From an uncultured Thermoplasmatales archaeon (GTDB taxonomy: Archaea > Thermoplasmatota > SW-10-69-26): 64,000 bases of DNA. The stretch is taken from NCBI GenBank assembly GCA_964396185.1, contig CAYNEI010000005.1, forward strand, positions 19,842 through 83,841, read 5' to 3'. The notes under the pieces are model-generated. The model had not been told where the DNA came from. It worked only from the letters and a program-made list of their open reading frames with translations, and made no database searches. The translations under genes and the position numbers were made by a program. Shown in pieces: positions 44,610 through 54,479 of this stretch. How positions within the stretch are numbered: the stretch's first letter is position 1; every line of letters begins with the position of its first letter.

Positions 44610-45830
44610 ATGTCTTCATGTGGAGCCGAGGGTTCTGGGCACGGGGGAACCGAGCAGGTGGACCGACGACGGTTAAGGCGGGGGACGTTCGCGCTGGCCG
44701 GACTCTTCGCGGGCACCATGGGCATGGCGATCCCTCTGGCCTTCCAGCTCCTCGAGGGGCCGCTGGCCACCGGGGCTGCGGTCATCGGGGCGATCTCTGC
44801 CGGGTTCGGAGGCGTGCAGGTGGTCAGCCGGTTGCCAGCGGGCCGGTGGATCGATGGTCGGGGCACCAGGGGGATCGTGCAGGCGAGCTGGCTCGCCACC
44901 GCCGTGGCCGGCGGGCTCTTCCTCGCGTCGAGCAACCTCCTGGTGGCCGGCGCTGCCATCCTGGCCTACGGCCTGGGGGTCGGGTTGTTCTGGGTGGGCA
45001 TCCACGCCCGGGTCTCGAGGTTGGCCCCGCCTGGAGAGGTGGCCGAGACCATGGTGCGCTTCCTGGTGGTCGTGGGCGTCGGGTACACGCTCGGTCCCCT
45101 GGCTGGCGGGCTGGCCGATGTCATCGGTTTCCGGGCAACCCTTGGCCTGCTCGCCCCGCTCGGGATGCTGGGTTGGCTCGGTGAGCGCCGCCTGGAGGAG
45201 CCAAGCTCAAGCCATGGCGACAAGCGGACGTCGGCTGCAGCGGCGGGTGGGCTGGCGCTGGGGATCGCCTCAGGGTTCTTCCTCGGCTTCTTTCTCGGCG
45301 CCTCAGACACCTTCATCCCCGTGCACCTGGCCGCCGCAGGCGTCTCTGCCTTCGGGGTCGGCCTGTTCCTCTCCGCTCGGGAGGGCACCAACCTCGTGGT
45401 CCGGTTGGTCACCGCGCGCATGGTCACGGACCGCGCTGGCGTGTGGCTGATCGCGCTGGGTGCCTTGGGCACGGGGGCGGGCTCGTTGCTCTTCCCGCGG
45501 GCGGACACGAGCCTCATGCTCGCCCTGGCGGCGGGGATCCAAGGCCTCGGTCTCGGGGTGCTGGCGCCAGCCAGTTTGACGTTGACCGCGCGCGGCAGTC
45601 CGCCGGGAGCCATCGGGCGATCCATGGGTCGTCACGGCGCCTGGCTCGGGGTGGGCTTGCTTGTAGGGCCGTTGGTGCTGGGTCCGGTGGGGGAAGCGTT
45701 GGGCACGGGCCGGATCTTCGATGCCGTCGCCGTCGTCTCGGTGGGCATGCTGGCCTGGGCGGTCTACCACGGTCTTAGCCGGGAGCGCCAGGATCGACAC
45801 GCTCCACAGGATTTGCAGGATGGAACGTGA
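44610..45830 (+). CDS. MFS-family transporter
   Basis: 406 aa with 12 predicted TM segments. MFS-like loop GRWIDGRGTRG between TM2 and TM3. Confidence 0.75.
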   Translation: MSSCGAEGSGHGGTEQVDRRRLRRGTFALAGLFAGTMGMAIPLAFQLLEGPLATGAAVIGAISAGFGGVQVVSRLPAGRWIDGRGTRGIVQASWLATAVAGGLFLASSNLLVAGAAILAYGLGVGLFWVGIHARVSRLAPPGEVAETMVRFLVVVGVGYTLGPLAGGLADVIGFRATLGLLAPLGMLGWLGERRLEEPSSSHGDKRTSAAAAGGLALGIASGFFLGFFLGASDTFIPVHLAAAGVSAFGVGLFLSAREGTNLVVRLVTARMVTDRAGVWLIALGALGTGAGSLLFPRADTSLMLALAAGIQGLGLGVLAPASLTLTARGSPPGAIGRSMGRHGAWLGVGLLVGPLVLGPVGEALGTGRIFDAVAVVSVGMLAWAVYHGLSRERQDRHAPQDLQDGT

Positions 45831-46011
45831 ACCCCCCGGCATCGGGCTCAAGGTGTCCGTGGTCCCCGATGGCGGTGTCGAGGCCCTCAGCCAGCTTGGC
45901 GAGCACGCGCTCCCCCGCCGGGCGCTCGACGAGCACGAGGACCGGCCGACCCGGCAGGCGTGTGCGCGCGAGCACCCGGCCCTCCAGGTCGCCCGCTCCA
46001 TCCGCGCTCAA
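45775..46011 (-). CDS. short DUF35-like OB-fold protein lacking the zinc ribbon
   Basis: RPVLVLVERPAGERVLAKLAEGLDTAIGDHGHLEP aligns with the OB-fold half of the DUF35 protein at 37547. ATGA-coupled to the upstream thiolase. Overlaps the MFS 3' end convergently. Confidence 0.35.
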   Translation of the reverse strand: MSADGAGDLEGRVLARTRLPGRPVLVLVERPAGERVLAKLAEGLDTAIGDHGHLEPDAGGFTFHPANPVERVDPGAPG

Positions 46012-47135
46012 GCAGTGGCCTCCAGAAGGGTGCAGTGGACGTTGTTGCCGAAGCCACCGATGTTGTGGGCCAGGGCGATGCGTGCTTGGTCGACCTGGTT
46101 GGCGGCCCGGCCGGTGAGCTGGTCGAAGAGCTCGCAGAGCTGTGCTGCGCCTGTGGCCCCGATGGGATGACCTCGCGCTTTGAGCCCGCCGGATGGGTTC
46201 ACGGCCAGCGGGCCAGCCAAGGGATCCTCGCCGCTCTCAGGGAGCAAGGCGAGACCCTGGCCTGGTTCAGCGAAGCCGAGGTCCTCGAGGTTGACGGGTT
46301 CGAGGATCGAGAAGGCATCATGCAGCTCGATGACGTCCACGGCCTCGCGCCGGATCCCAGCCTGGGCGAAGGCTTCCCGGGCGGCTTGCTGGGTCGCCTG
46401 GAACCCGGTGAGTGGTGTCGGTCTTCGGGCGTAGCCGTGGTGGTCGGTGGCATGCCCGCTGCCCAGCAGCTCGACAGGGCCCTGGTTGGAGACCACGACG
46501 GCGGCGGCGCCATCGCTGATGGGCGCGCAGTGGTAGAGCTGCAGCGGCTCAGCGATGACTCGCGAGGCATGCACGTCGGCCAGCGTGATGGGTGTCTGGA
46601 AGTGGGCGATGGGGTTGTTGGCCGCCAAGGCGTGGGCGCGCACGGGCAGGTGGGCGAGGTCCTCGATGGCCAGGTCGTGGGCGTGGAGGTAAGCGCTGGT
46701 GAGCATGGCGACCAGGCCCGGAAGCGTGAGGTCGAGGCGTTGTTCGTCCGGGGCCATGAGCTTGGCGAGGATGCGAGTGGTGTCCTGGGTGGGGAGCGTG
46801 GTCATCTGCTCCCAACCCACGAGGAGGACGTTGTCGGCGCCCCCGGAGGCGATGAGGCTCTCAGCCACCCAGAGTGCACTGAGGCTCGATGAGGGTCCCG
46901 TGTCCACCCGAAGCGCTGGTGTGCCTGCCTGGCCGAGCACCTCGGCGGTCCAGACCGCGACGTTCCCGATGTCGGTGAAGCTGGGTGCTGCGGCGTTGGC
47001 GACCACCAACGCGTCGATCGCGGTGGGGGAGAGGCCAGCGTCCTCTATGGCAGCTTCACCTGCGTGCGCAACCCCCTCTGCCGGGTCGAGTTCCCTACCG
47101 AACGGTGCGTTCGCTGCGCCTCTCAGACATGCCAC
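46008..47135 (-). CDS. thiolase-family acetyl-CoA acyltransferase (second copy)
   Basis: 375 aa thiolase fold, including NPSGGLKARGHPIGATG. Confidence 0.8.
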   Translation of the reverse strand: MACLRGAANAPFGRELDPAEGVAHAGEAAIEDAGLSPTAIDALVVANAAAPSFTDIGNVAVWTAEVLGQAGTPALRVDTGPSSSLSALWVAESLIASGGADNVLLVGWEQMTTLPTQDTTRILAKLMAPDEQRLDLTLPGLVAMLTSAYLHAHDLAIEDLAHLPVRAHALAANNPIAHFQTPITLADVHASRVIAEPLQLYHCAPISDGAAAVVVSNQGPVELLGSGHATDHHGYARRPTPLTGFQATQQAAREAFAQAGIRREAVDVIELHDAFSILEPVNLEDLGFAEPGQGLALLPESGEDPLAGPLAVNPSGGLKARGHPIGATGAAQLCELFDQLTGRAANQVDQARIALAHNIGGFGNNVHCTLLEATA

Positions 47136-47175
47136 GAGCGGCCAGGGTGGCCTCGGTTGAAAAGGTGTGCGGCCT

Positions 47176-47484
47176 TCACCAGTAGGCTCGTCGGTTCCCA
47201 GATCGGCGTGGGGAGCGCGAGGGGGCTGCGTCGTTGTCCAGGGTGAGTGCGTGTCGCAGTGCGTCCTGGCTATCTTCGAACGGGATGGCCGCGGTCACAG
47301 GCGCTTGGTCGATCTCTGCCTCTGCGCCCTCGGTGCCCAACCCGCAGAACGGGCAGGGCACGGGCTCGGAGCCGAACTGCTCGGCCTCGTCGTGATGCAA
47401 ACAGTACACTGGTACCCACCATGAAGCGTACGCCAGGGGGAGCCCATAAGGGTTGCCTGTCAGCTTTTCGGCGTTCGTCGACAT
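47176..47484 (-). CDS. possible small zinc-ribbon protein upstream of the thiolase (speculative)
   Basis: MSTNAEKLTGNPYGLPLAYASWWVPVYCLHHDEAEQFGSEPVPCPFCG. The C-terminal half is low complexity. Weak. Confidence 0.2.
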   Translation of the reverse strand: MSTNAEKLTGNPYGLPLAYASWWVPVYCLHHDEAEQFGSEPVPCPFCGLGTEGAEAEIDQAPVTAAIPFEDSQDALRHALTLDNDAAPSRSPRRSGNRRAYW

Positions 47485-47514
47485 CCGGGGCGAAGCCTTT
47501 TCGAGCTGCTCTGC

Positions 47515-48246
47515 TTGGCCGGGCCCGTGCCCTACCGCGTCGTCCGGTTCCCGGAGGTTGGATCCACCAACGACATCGTGCTGGAGGCGGCCCGTGCGGG
47601 CGAGCCCAGCGGTCTCGTCGTGGTCGCCGGGATCCAAGCCCGCGGCAGAGGACGCAAGGCACAGGACTGGCGCTCCCCTCCAGGGGGGTTGTGGGCCTCG
47701 ATCCTCTTGCGCGCCAACCCGCCTGCCCACCTGGCCGGCACCATCCCCCTGGCTGTGGGGCTGGCTGCGTGCGAGGCGCTCGAAGGGCTCGGGGCCTCCC
47801 TGGAGCTGCGTTGGCCCAACGATCTCATGGTGGGGGATCGCAAGCTCGGCGGTGTGCTTGTCGAATCACGCAGCGGGTCGCAAGGGATCGAGACCGTGGT
47901 CGCGGGTCTCGGGATCAACGTGAACAACGAGCCGCCCATCGACGACGCTGCCAGCCTCGCCCAGCTCGGGGTCGAGGCAACACCACGCGAGGTCTTAACC
48001 GCGCTGCTCGATGCCCTGCCCGCCTACGAGGCGATGCTCGAGCGCACCGATGTGAACGCCATCTGCGAACGGTTCATGGCCAAGGCTTGGGGGATCGAGC
48101 GAGAGATGACCATGGACGGCGAACCCTGCATCCCCAAGGAGATCGCCGTGGATGGTGCGTTGATCATCGAGCTGACCGACGGGACCATCGATGTCCGGCG
48201 CACAGGTTCCCTGCGCCTCCCAGGCCCGTCAGTTGCTGGCGAGTAG
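47515..48246 (+). CDS. birA: biotin--[acetyl-CoA-carboxylase] ligase (BirA-like, no N-terminal HTH)
   Basis: BPL catalytic domain GRGRKAQDWRSPPGGLWASILL and KLGGVLVE. TTG start. Confidence 0.8.
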   Translation: MAGPVPYRVVRFPEVGSTNDIVLEAARAGEPSGLVVVAGIQARGRGRKAQDWRSPPGGLWASILLRANPPAHLAGTIPLAVGLAACEALEGLGASLELRWPNDLMVGDRKLGGVLVESRSGSQGIETVVAGLGINVNNEPPIDDAASLAQLGVEATPREVLTALLDALPAYEAMLERTDVNAICERFMAKAWGIEREMTMDGEPCIPKEIAVDGALIIELTDGTIDVRRTGSLRLPGPSVAGE

Positions 48247-49140
48247 GTCGTGGAGCGCCTCTTGGATGTTGGCGTGCTGGAAGGTGTACCCCGATCTCTC
48301 CAGGCGGCTTGGCAGCACGCACTGGCTGTCGAAGAGGACCTGGGCGGACTCCCCGTAGAGCGCCTTGAGGGCGATCCGCGGGACCGGCAGCTTGGTTGGA
48401 CGGTTGAGCGCCAAGCCAAGCGCTCGGGTGAAGGTGCGGTTCCGGGTGACCCCAGGGGAGGTGAGGTTGAACGGACCCTCGAGGCCCTCGTCGAGGAGGT
48501 GGAGGATCGCGCCCACCTCATCCTCGATGTGGATCCACGGGAACCATTGCTCCCCGTCGCCCACCGGGCCTCCAAGACCCCAGTGGAACGGCCTCACCAG
48601 TGGGATCGGGTTGAGCATCTGGGCGAGCGCGCCACCCTGGCTGCTGAGCACCACCCCAGTGCGGATCCAAGCCAGCCCGGTGTCCAGGGTGTCGTCCTTG
48701 GCGATGGGGATGGCAGCCTCTTCCCAGCGCTGGCAGACGTTGGCCAGGAAGCCACCTGCTGGAGGGTCCTCCTCGGTGAGGGTCTGCTCGCCCCGGTCGC
48801 CGTAGTAACCGACGGCGCTCCCGGAGACGACGTGCTCGATGGCTCCGTGGCTGGCCACGGCTTCCACGACGCGCGCTGTTCCCTCCACGCGGCTCTCCAG
48901 GAGCTCGCGCTTGTAGGCCTCGGTCCAGCGCTGGCCAACGATGGGGGCTCCGGCCAGGTGGACGACTTGCGTGGTCCGTTCTGGGAGCTCCAGGGAGGCT
49001 TGCTGGCCCGGATCCCAGCCGATCTCGTCGTCGGCCTCCGGGGACCGGGTCACGATGGTCACGGTGTCACCACGGGCTCGAAGCGCCTGGGTGAGGGCCT
49101 GGCCGACCAGCCCGGTCCCGCCCGTGATAGCGACGTGCAT
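48229..49140 (-). CDS. TIGR01777 (YfcH)-family NAD-dependent epimerase/dehydratase with DUF1731 C-terminus
   Basis: [16 protein letters not shown] Rossmann motif. 303 aa. Convergent 18-nt overlap with birA. Confidence 0.8.
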   Translation of the reverse strand: MHVAITGGTGLVGQALTQALRARGDTVTIVTRSPEADDEIGWDPGQQASLELPERTTQVVHLAGAPIVGQRWTEAYKRELLESRVEGTARVVEAVASHGAIEHVVSGSAVGYYGDRGEQTLTEEDPPAGGFLANVCQRWEEAAIPIAKDDTLDTGLAWIRTGVVLSSQGGALAQMLNPIPLVRPFHWGLGGPVGDGEQWFPWIHIEDEVGAILHLLDEGLEGPFNLTSPGVTRNRTFTRALGLALNRPTKLPVPRIALKALYGESAQVLFDSQCVLPSRLERSGYTFQHANIQEALHDLLASN

Positions 49141-49193
49141 GGTTCACCATGCGGCCGCCAGCTTCTTTTAACCTATGGCCGTTGGCGCCCTGC

Positions 49194-50744
49194 ATGACGA
49201 TGGAGGAGCGGATCGACGAGCTCGAGCAGCGCCGCGCCCGCGCCCTGGAGGGCGGCGGCCAGGCGCGCATCGAGCGCCAGCACAAGGCGGGCAAGCTCAC
49301 CGCCAGAGAGCGCTTGGAGGTTCTCCTGGATGAGGGGAGCTTCCATGAGGTCGGTCCTTTCGTCGAGCACCAGGAGACCCGGTTCGGCATGGAGGAGAAG
49401 CGGATCCCAGGCGACGGGGTCGTCACCGGTTGGGGTCAGATCAACGGTCGAACCGTCTACGTGTTCGCCCAGGACTTCACCGTCTTCGGCGGGAGCCTCG
49501 GGGAGGCGCATGCGGCCAAGATCTGCAAGATCATGGATCTGGCCGTGCAGAACGGCGCGCCGGTCATCGGGCTCAACGACTCAGGCGGGGCGCGCATCCA
49601 GGAGGGCGTGGACGCCCTGGGCGGCTACGCGGAGATCTTCTGGCGCAACACCAACGCTTCTGGGGTGATCCCCCAGATCAGCGTGGTCATGGGCCCGTGC
49701 GCTGGCGGGGCGGTCTACTCGCCGGCCATCACGGACTTCGTGGTCATGGTCGAGGAGACCAGCCACATGTTCATCACCGGCCCGGATGTGATCCGGCAGG
49801 TCACCCATGAGGACGTGACCTTCGACGAGCTCGGAGGCGCTGAGACCCACGCCAGCAAGTCAGGCGTGGCCCACCTGACCGCTGAGAGCGAGGAGAAGGC
49901 GCTCTGGACAGTGCGCGAGCTCTTGCAGTTCCTACCGTCGAGCAACCGGGAGCAGCCGCCCACGGCTGGGGTGGAGGACACGCCAGAGCGCCGGGCCGAG
50001 GAGCTCAGATCCATCGTGCCTGACGAGCCGGATCAACCCTACGATGTCAAGGATGTCATCGGTCACGTGGTGGACGAGGGCTACTTCTTCGAGGTGCACG
50101 AGCAGTGGGCCGACAACCTGGTGGTCGGGTTCGCTCGCTTGGACGGCCAGCCGGTGGGCATCGTGGCCAACCAGCCGCAAGTGCTTGCCGGTGTCTTGGA
50201 CATCGAGGCCAGCCAGAAGGGGGCCCGGTTCGTTCGGTTCTGTGATGCGTTCAACATCCCGTTGGTGGTCTTCGAGGACGTGCCTGGCTTCCTGCCCGGC
50301 ACAGACCAGGAGTGGAACGGCATCATCCGGCACGGTGCCAAGCTGCTCTACGCCTTCGCTGAGGCCACCGTGCCCAAGCTCACGGTCATCCTGCGCAAGG
50401 CCTACGGGGGCGCCTACGACGTGATGAACAGCAAGCACATCCGGGCCGACTACAACGTGGCCTGGCCGACCGCCGAGCTGGCGGTCATGGGGCCAGAAGG
50501 CGCGGTGCAGATCCTCTACCGAAAGGAGTTGGCCGAGGCAGAGGACCCGGGTGCGCGCAAGCAAGAGCTCGTCGACGAGTACCGTGAGGCCTTCGCCCAC
50601 CCGTACACGGCAGCCTCACGGGGCTACCTCGACGATGTCATCCTGCCCGAGGATACCCGGCCCAAACTCATCGGGGCCCTGGCCACGCTCTCCGAGAAAC
50701 GCAAGCGCCGCCCGCAACGCAAGCACGGCAACATCCCGCTGTGA
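49194..50744 (+). CDS. pccB: acyl-CoA carboxylase carboxyltransferase subunit (propionyl-CoA carboxylase beta / AccD6-like)
   Basis: About 516 aa with two crotonase-like CT domains. Start at [15 protein letters not shown]. The track ORF begins 15 codons earlier. Confidence 0.9.
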   Translation: MTMEERIDELEQRRARALEGGGQARIERQHKAGKLTARERLEVLLDEGSFHEVGPFVEHQETRFGMEEKRIPGDGVVTGWGQINGRTVYVFAQDFTVFGGSLGEAHAAKICKIMDLAVQNGAPVIGLNDSGGARIQEGVDALGGYAEIFWRNTNASGVIPQISVVMGPCAGGAVYSPAITDFVVMVEETSHMFITGPDVIRQVTHEDVTFDELGGAETHASKSGVAHLTAESEEKALWTVRELLQFLPSSNREQPPTAGVEDTPERRAEELRSIVPDEPDQPYDVKDVIGHVVDEGYFFEVHEQWADNLVVGFARLDGQPVGIVANQPQVLAGVLDIEASQKGARFVRFCDAFNIPLVVFEDVPGFLPGTDQEWNGIIRHGAKLLYAFAEATVPKLTVILRKAYGGAYDVMNSKHIRADYNVAWPTAELAVMGPEGAVQILYRKELAEAEDPGARKQELVDEYREAFAHPYTAASRGYLDDVILPEDTRPKLIGALATLSEKRKRRPQRKHGNIPL

Positions 50745-50768
50745 AGCGGGAGCGGGTCCCGCCTAGGC

Positions 50769-52070
50769 TCAGGATCGGTTCCGCCGCGCGACGGCCACGC
50801 CAGCAAGCAGGGCCATGGCCAGCCAGGCCGTCACCCCAGGCACCAGGTTGAACCCGGTCACCTCGTCGTGTAGCACCAGCGCGTAGCGCTCACCATCGGT
50901 CGTGTTCAGATCCTCAAGGATGATGCGATCCCCGGGGGAGACGTGTCCGTCCTCGTCCACGTCCTCGTAGCTCACCCGAACCTGATCGTTCTCCCGGACG
51001 CCCTCCTCTGCCCCCATGGTGAGCACCGCACCGGTCTCTTGGCCATCCATGCCGGGCGCGCCGGTGTCCGCGTCGATGTGGATCTCGAGCTCGTCCAGGG
51101 GGATCAGGCCGGGGTTGATCGACGGCTGGATCGTGGCGTTGCTGAACCGGCCATCGTCCTCTTGGGCGCCCATGCCGAAGGGATCCACGGCGTTCTCATC
51201 CAGCAGGGTCATGGTCTCGAGGCGCACGAGGGCTTCCTCGTGCTCGTGGGTGGCCTGCTCATCGTAGGTGAACGCCATGGTGACGCGGCCATCCCGTTCG
51301 CTGGGGTCCGTGGCGTTGGGGTCGGTGAAGGTCGTCTCGATGAGCGCTGGCAGTTCGGTTGCTTCCAGGATCACGACGCGTACATCGAAGCTCGCGTCGT
51401 CCTCCGCGTAGGTGACGTTGATCTCGATGGCGGCCTGGCCCTCATGTTGGACGACCGCGTAGCTCACCTCGGCGTCGTCTGGGAGCTCGCTCTCCAGGGC
51501 GCCCAGGAAGGTGGTCGGGTCGAAGAGCGACCCCTCGCCGGACTCGACGCCGCTCTCTGGCGTGGAGTCGACGGCCGTGAAGCCCTCCACGGGCTCAGCG
51601 GACTCGTTGTACATGCCGATCAGGCTCGGGGGCGCGCCGAAGAAGCTCGTTTTGGCGACCTGGCCGAACAGGAAGGTCTCGCCGCCTGGACCCACGGGCA
51701 TATCACCACCCTCGTCGAAGATGGATCCGCTCATGCTCATGATGGCCAGCTGTTGGGCCTCATCGAAGAGGCCGTCGACCTGGCCTGTGCCTTGCTCGTC
51801 CCCGCTCAGGGCCTCGAACGCCATGGAGAGGCCAACGCGGTCCACCTCGCTGGCACCCTCCTCGAGAACCTTGAGCGCGCTAGCATACGCCTGGCGCGCC
51901 TCGGCAGCCGAGAGCTCGCTTGAGCCTGTGCCCCCTGGCTCATCCGTGGTGGGCCCCGCACACCCCGCAAGGGCCGCGGTAAGCGTGAGCAAGACGATGA
52001 ACAAGATCGTTGGTCGACCGGTGTGCCCGTTCCCCATGGTAACCATGCTGGGACCTGTTCGGTGCTTCAA
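50769..52070 (-). CDS. secreted lipoprotein, hypothetical acidic protein
   Basis: Signal peptide with lipobox ILFIVLLTLTAALAGC. Asp/Glu-rich extracellular domain. Confidence 0.55.
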   Translation of the reverse strand: MKHRTGPSMVTMGNGHTGRPTILFIVLLTLTAALAGCAGPTTDEPGGTGSSELSAAEARQAYASALKVLEEGASEVDRVGLSMAFEALSGDEQGTGQVDGLFDEAQQLAIMSMSGSIFDEGGDMPVGPGGETFLFGQVAKTSFFGAPPSLIGMYNESAEPVEGFTAVDSTPESGVESGEGSLFDPTTFLGALESELPDDAEVSYAVVQHEGQAAIEINVTYAEDDASFDVRVVILEATELPALIETTFTDPNATDPSERDGRVTMAFTYDEQATHEHEEALVRLETMTLLDENAVDPFGMGAQEDDGRFSNATIQPSINPGLIPLDELEIHIDADTGAPGMDGQETGAVLTMGAEEGVRENDQVRVSYEDVDEDGHVSPGDRIILEDLNTTDGERYALVLHDEVTGFNLVPGVTAWLAMALLAGVAVARRNRS

Positions 52071-52107
52071 ACGTTTTCCGCAATGAACAGCGGGGGATCC
52101 GAGGCCT

Positions 52108-53523
52108 CTAGATCGGGAGCATCTTCCAGGCCACGGCGAGGACCAGGATCATGAGCAGGCCCTGGAGGGCTCGGCCGCTGAGGTAATCGGAGAGTCGGGT
52201 CCCGATGGCTGTGCCTGCGATCCCACCGGCGGCCAGGAACGTGGCGGCCACCAGCGAGAAGTTGCCGGAGAGAACGTGGGCCAGGCTGCCTGCAACGGAG
52301 TTGCCTGCGATGACCACGAGCCCGGTGCCCACGGCCAGGTGTGCAGGGAGGCCGAGCAGGGTGGTCATGATGGGGATGATGAGCGGGCCGCCTCCGATGC
52401 CGAGCAGCCCAGCCCCGAAACCGACGCCGATGCCGATGAGCACGAGGGTGATCCGGTCTACGGCGAACCGCTTCCCGTTGTGGGTTCCCTCGATGGGTTC
52501 AGCGAGCTTCTCCTGGAGCTTCTCGCCAGCCTCGGGGCTGATGACCTTGCCGACGACCTCGGCCAACCGGCTCTCACGCCCAGGGGACCCGAGGGTGTTG
52601 CTGCTCTCGCGGCTGGGGTCCTGGTCGGCCTCCGCCTGGTCATCGGGGTCCTTGAGGACGTCCTTGCCGAGGAAGGTGGCCAGTGTGACCAGCACACCGG
52701 AGAAGATCCAGAGGAGGACGGTCTCCGGGAGCTGCAGGCTCACCAGCGCTCCAGTAGGCGCGCCGATGACGGCCCCGGCGATGATGGGCTTGGCGATGCG
52801 GAACTTCACGTTCCCTTTCTGCCTGTGTTGCCAAACCCCGCTGGAGGCGGTGAAAGAGGACTGGACGAGGTTGGTACCCACGGCGAGGTGGATGGGGAAC
52901 CCGAGCACGAGCACGATGAGCGGTACGCTGATGACGCCGATGCCGCCACCGACCAAGCCACCGACCAAGCCGCCCACCAGGCCCACCCCGAGCCCCTGTA
53001 GGGCGGTCCAGCGCATGTGGTCCGGGGCATCGAAGGTGATGGCCAGGCCTGCGGCCAGGGTCAGGAAGAGCGCGGCCACGGCCACGGTCTTGGCCCAGCG
53101 TGGCAGGTCACCGAGCTGGAGCGTCGCGCGTAGGTCATCGAGCCAGGTCGCTGGCTCTGTGGAGGTTGAGGAAGAGGTTGAGGATGCGGGCGTGGACGAG
53201 GCACCGTTGGTGGTCTCGTAGGTGATGGGGAGGCCGCGCTGGCGCCACTGGGCGAGGCCGCCGTCGAGGATGACGATGTCGCGGAACCCGTGGTCGAGGA
53301 GCAGGTGGGCTGCCCGGTCGCTGCGGTTCTGGTCCCAGGAGTGCAGCACCCAGGTCCGGTCCTTCGGGAGCTCGCCGGTCTTCTCTGGCAGGCCGTTGAG
53401 GGGGATGTGGCGCGCACCGGGGATGTGGCACACGGTCCATTCGTCTTCTTCTCGAACGTCGACCAGGATCGCCTGGCCATGCTCGTCCATGCGGAGCACC
53501 TCGTTGGTGTCCACCTCCGGCAC
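52108..53523 (-). CDS. rhodanese-like domain fused to a TauE/SafE-family (sulfite-exporter-like) permease
   Basis: N-terminal rhodanese fold (AILVDVREEDEW...HIPGARHIP...WVLHSWDQNRS). The position of the catalytic Cys is occupied by Ser. Two TauE repeats follow, each with a Gly-rich TM helix. The start is uncertain (GTG about 53523, or ATG 53490). The track ORF 5' region is an out-of-frame read-through across the thioredoxin gene. Confidence 0.65.
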   Translation of the reverse strand: MPEVDTNEVLRMDEHGQAILVDVREEDEWTVCHIPGARHIPLNGLPEKTGELPKDRTWVLHSWDQNRSDRAAHLLLDHGFRDIVILDGGLAQWRQRGLPITYETTNGASSTPASSTSSSTSTEPATWLDDLRATLQLGDLPRWAKTVAVAALFLTLAAGLAITFDAPDHMRWTALQGLGVGLVGGLVGGLVGGGIGVISVPLIVLVLGFPIHLAVGTNLVQSSFTASSGVWQHRQKGNVKFRIAKPIIAGAVIGAPTGALVSLQLPETVLLWIFSGVLVTLATFLGKDVLKDPDDQAEADQDPSRESSNTLGSPGRESRLAEVVGKVISPEAGEKLQEKLAEPIEGTHNGKRFAVDRITLVLIGIGVGFGAGLLGIGGGPLIIPIMTTLLGLPAHLAVGTGLVVIAGNSVAGSLAHVLSGNFSLVAATFLAAGGIAGTAIGTRLSDYLSGRALQGLLMILVLAVAWKMLPI

Positions 53524-53590
53524 AGAGCCGTCGGCCGCCGCGCCGGGCCGGGGAGGGTGGTGGACGCTGCTGGTCTTGGAGATGCGTGGC

Positions 53591-54004
53591 TCACCTACTG
53601 ATCCTGCTGAGTCGCTCGCGGAGCTGGTCACGCGGGACCATCCCCACGATGCGGTCGACCTCGTGGGCCTCCTGGAAGAGGACCATCGTCGGGATGCCTC
53701 GGACCCCGAGGGCCTGAGGCACCGCTGGGTTCTCGTCTGCGTTGAGCTTCCCGATGGTGACCTGGCCCTGGAACTCCCGGGCGAGGTCCTCGAGCATGGG
53801 CGCGATGGCGCGGCAGGGGCCACACCAGGGGGCCCAGATGTCGAGCAGGAAGCGGTCGTGGTCGCCGAGCACCTCTTCGATCGTGGCGTCCGTGACCTCG
53901 ATGGGGGCGCCGGGGTCGTCACCGGCGGCTGCTCCGGTCGGTGTGTCGCCGAGAAGCTCGTTCAGCTTCCTTCGCCGGATCGCCTCAAGATCGGGATCGC
54001 TCAT
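53591..54004 (-). CDS. trx: thioredoxin
   Basis: WCGPC active site. Start at MSDPDLEAIRRRKL (ATG 54004). Confidence 0.9.
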   Translation of the reverse strand: MSDPDLEAIRRRKLNELLGDTPTGAAAGDDPGAPIEVTDATIEEVLGDHDRFLLDIWAPWCGPCRAIAPMLEDLAREFQGQVTIGKLNADENPAVPQALGVRGIPTMVLFQEAHEVDRIVGMVPRDQLRERLSRISR

Positions 54005-54214
54005 GGTGCTCGTCCCCCTGGTCGTCATGGACCGGGAGCGCGACAACTGCCATGGACACCCCATCCGGTTTAAGCTTTACGTATATGGCAGGGAGATGAT
54101 ACAACGTGGAGCCCCTGAACTGTCTAGCTTGAGCCAGTGAAACGTGTCAGGGTCTAACGTGGATTGGCGGGATCGAACGGCATGTGGTCGGAACGCTTGG
54201 ACCGTGACGCGGTA

Positions 54215-54479
54215 CGCTGCGTTCGTGGGTTGGGTCTACGCGATGTCTAGAACGACGAAGCCCACGAAAGCTGCGACACGAACGAACCACTCCCCGGTCG
54301 ACGAGGTTCGTTCTATCGCAGCTTTCGTCGGTTGGGTCTACGCGATGTCCAGAACGACGAAGCCCACGAAAGCTGCGATCTACCCGAGCTTGGGTGCAAT
54401 CGGCGTGCTCGGGTGCTCGCAGCGTTCGTCGGTTGGGGCTACGCGATGTCCAAAACCACGAAGCCGACGAACGCTGCGA
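54215..54479. repeat. three tandem copies (period 101 bp) of an imperfect 62-bp palindromic hairpin repeat, separated by unique 38-39-nt spacers that are themselves palindromic
   Basis: R1 54215-54276, R2 54316-54378, R3 54417-54479. Consensus tcgcagc(t/g)ttcgtcggttgggtctacgcgatgtccagaacgacgaagcccacgaaagctgcga. Arm gcagctttcgtcg pairs with cgacgaa...cgaaagctgc. R3 overlaps the 3' end of the minus-strand gene 54439-54906. Confidence 0.6.

Noticed and set aside
44600-44960. Overlap of the 536-aa secreted-protein ORF (43349..44959) with the MFS gene start
   Set aside because: The upstream 150 codons of the minus-strand ORF are Pro-rich non-protein-like sequence. The real start is the lipoprotein signal peptide at about 44512, which removes the overlap.
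52108-53922. 604-aa ORF extending the rhodanese-TauE gene across the thioredoxin gene
   Set aside because: The first roughly 130 codons are an alternate-frame read-through of trx (Ser/Thr/Arg-rich). The rhodanese fold begins near residue 134.
54215-54479. Possible CRISPR array (regular repeat and spacer spacing)
   Set aside because: The repeat is 62 bp and imperfect between copies. Only 3 copies are present, the spacers are palindromic, and no cas genes or leader are nearby. The periodicity and the palindromic unit point to another kind of structured repeat.
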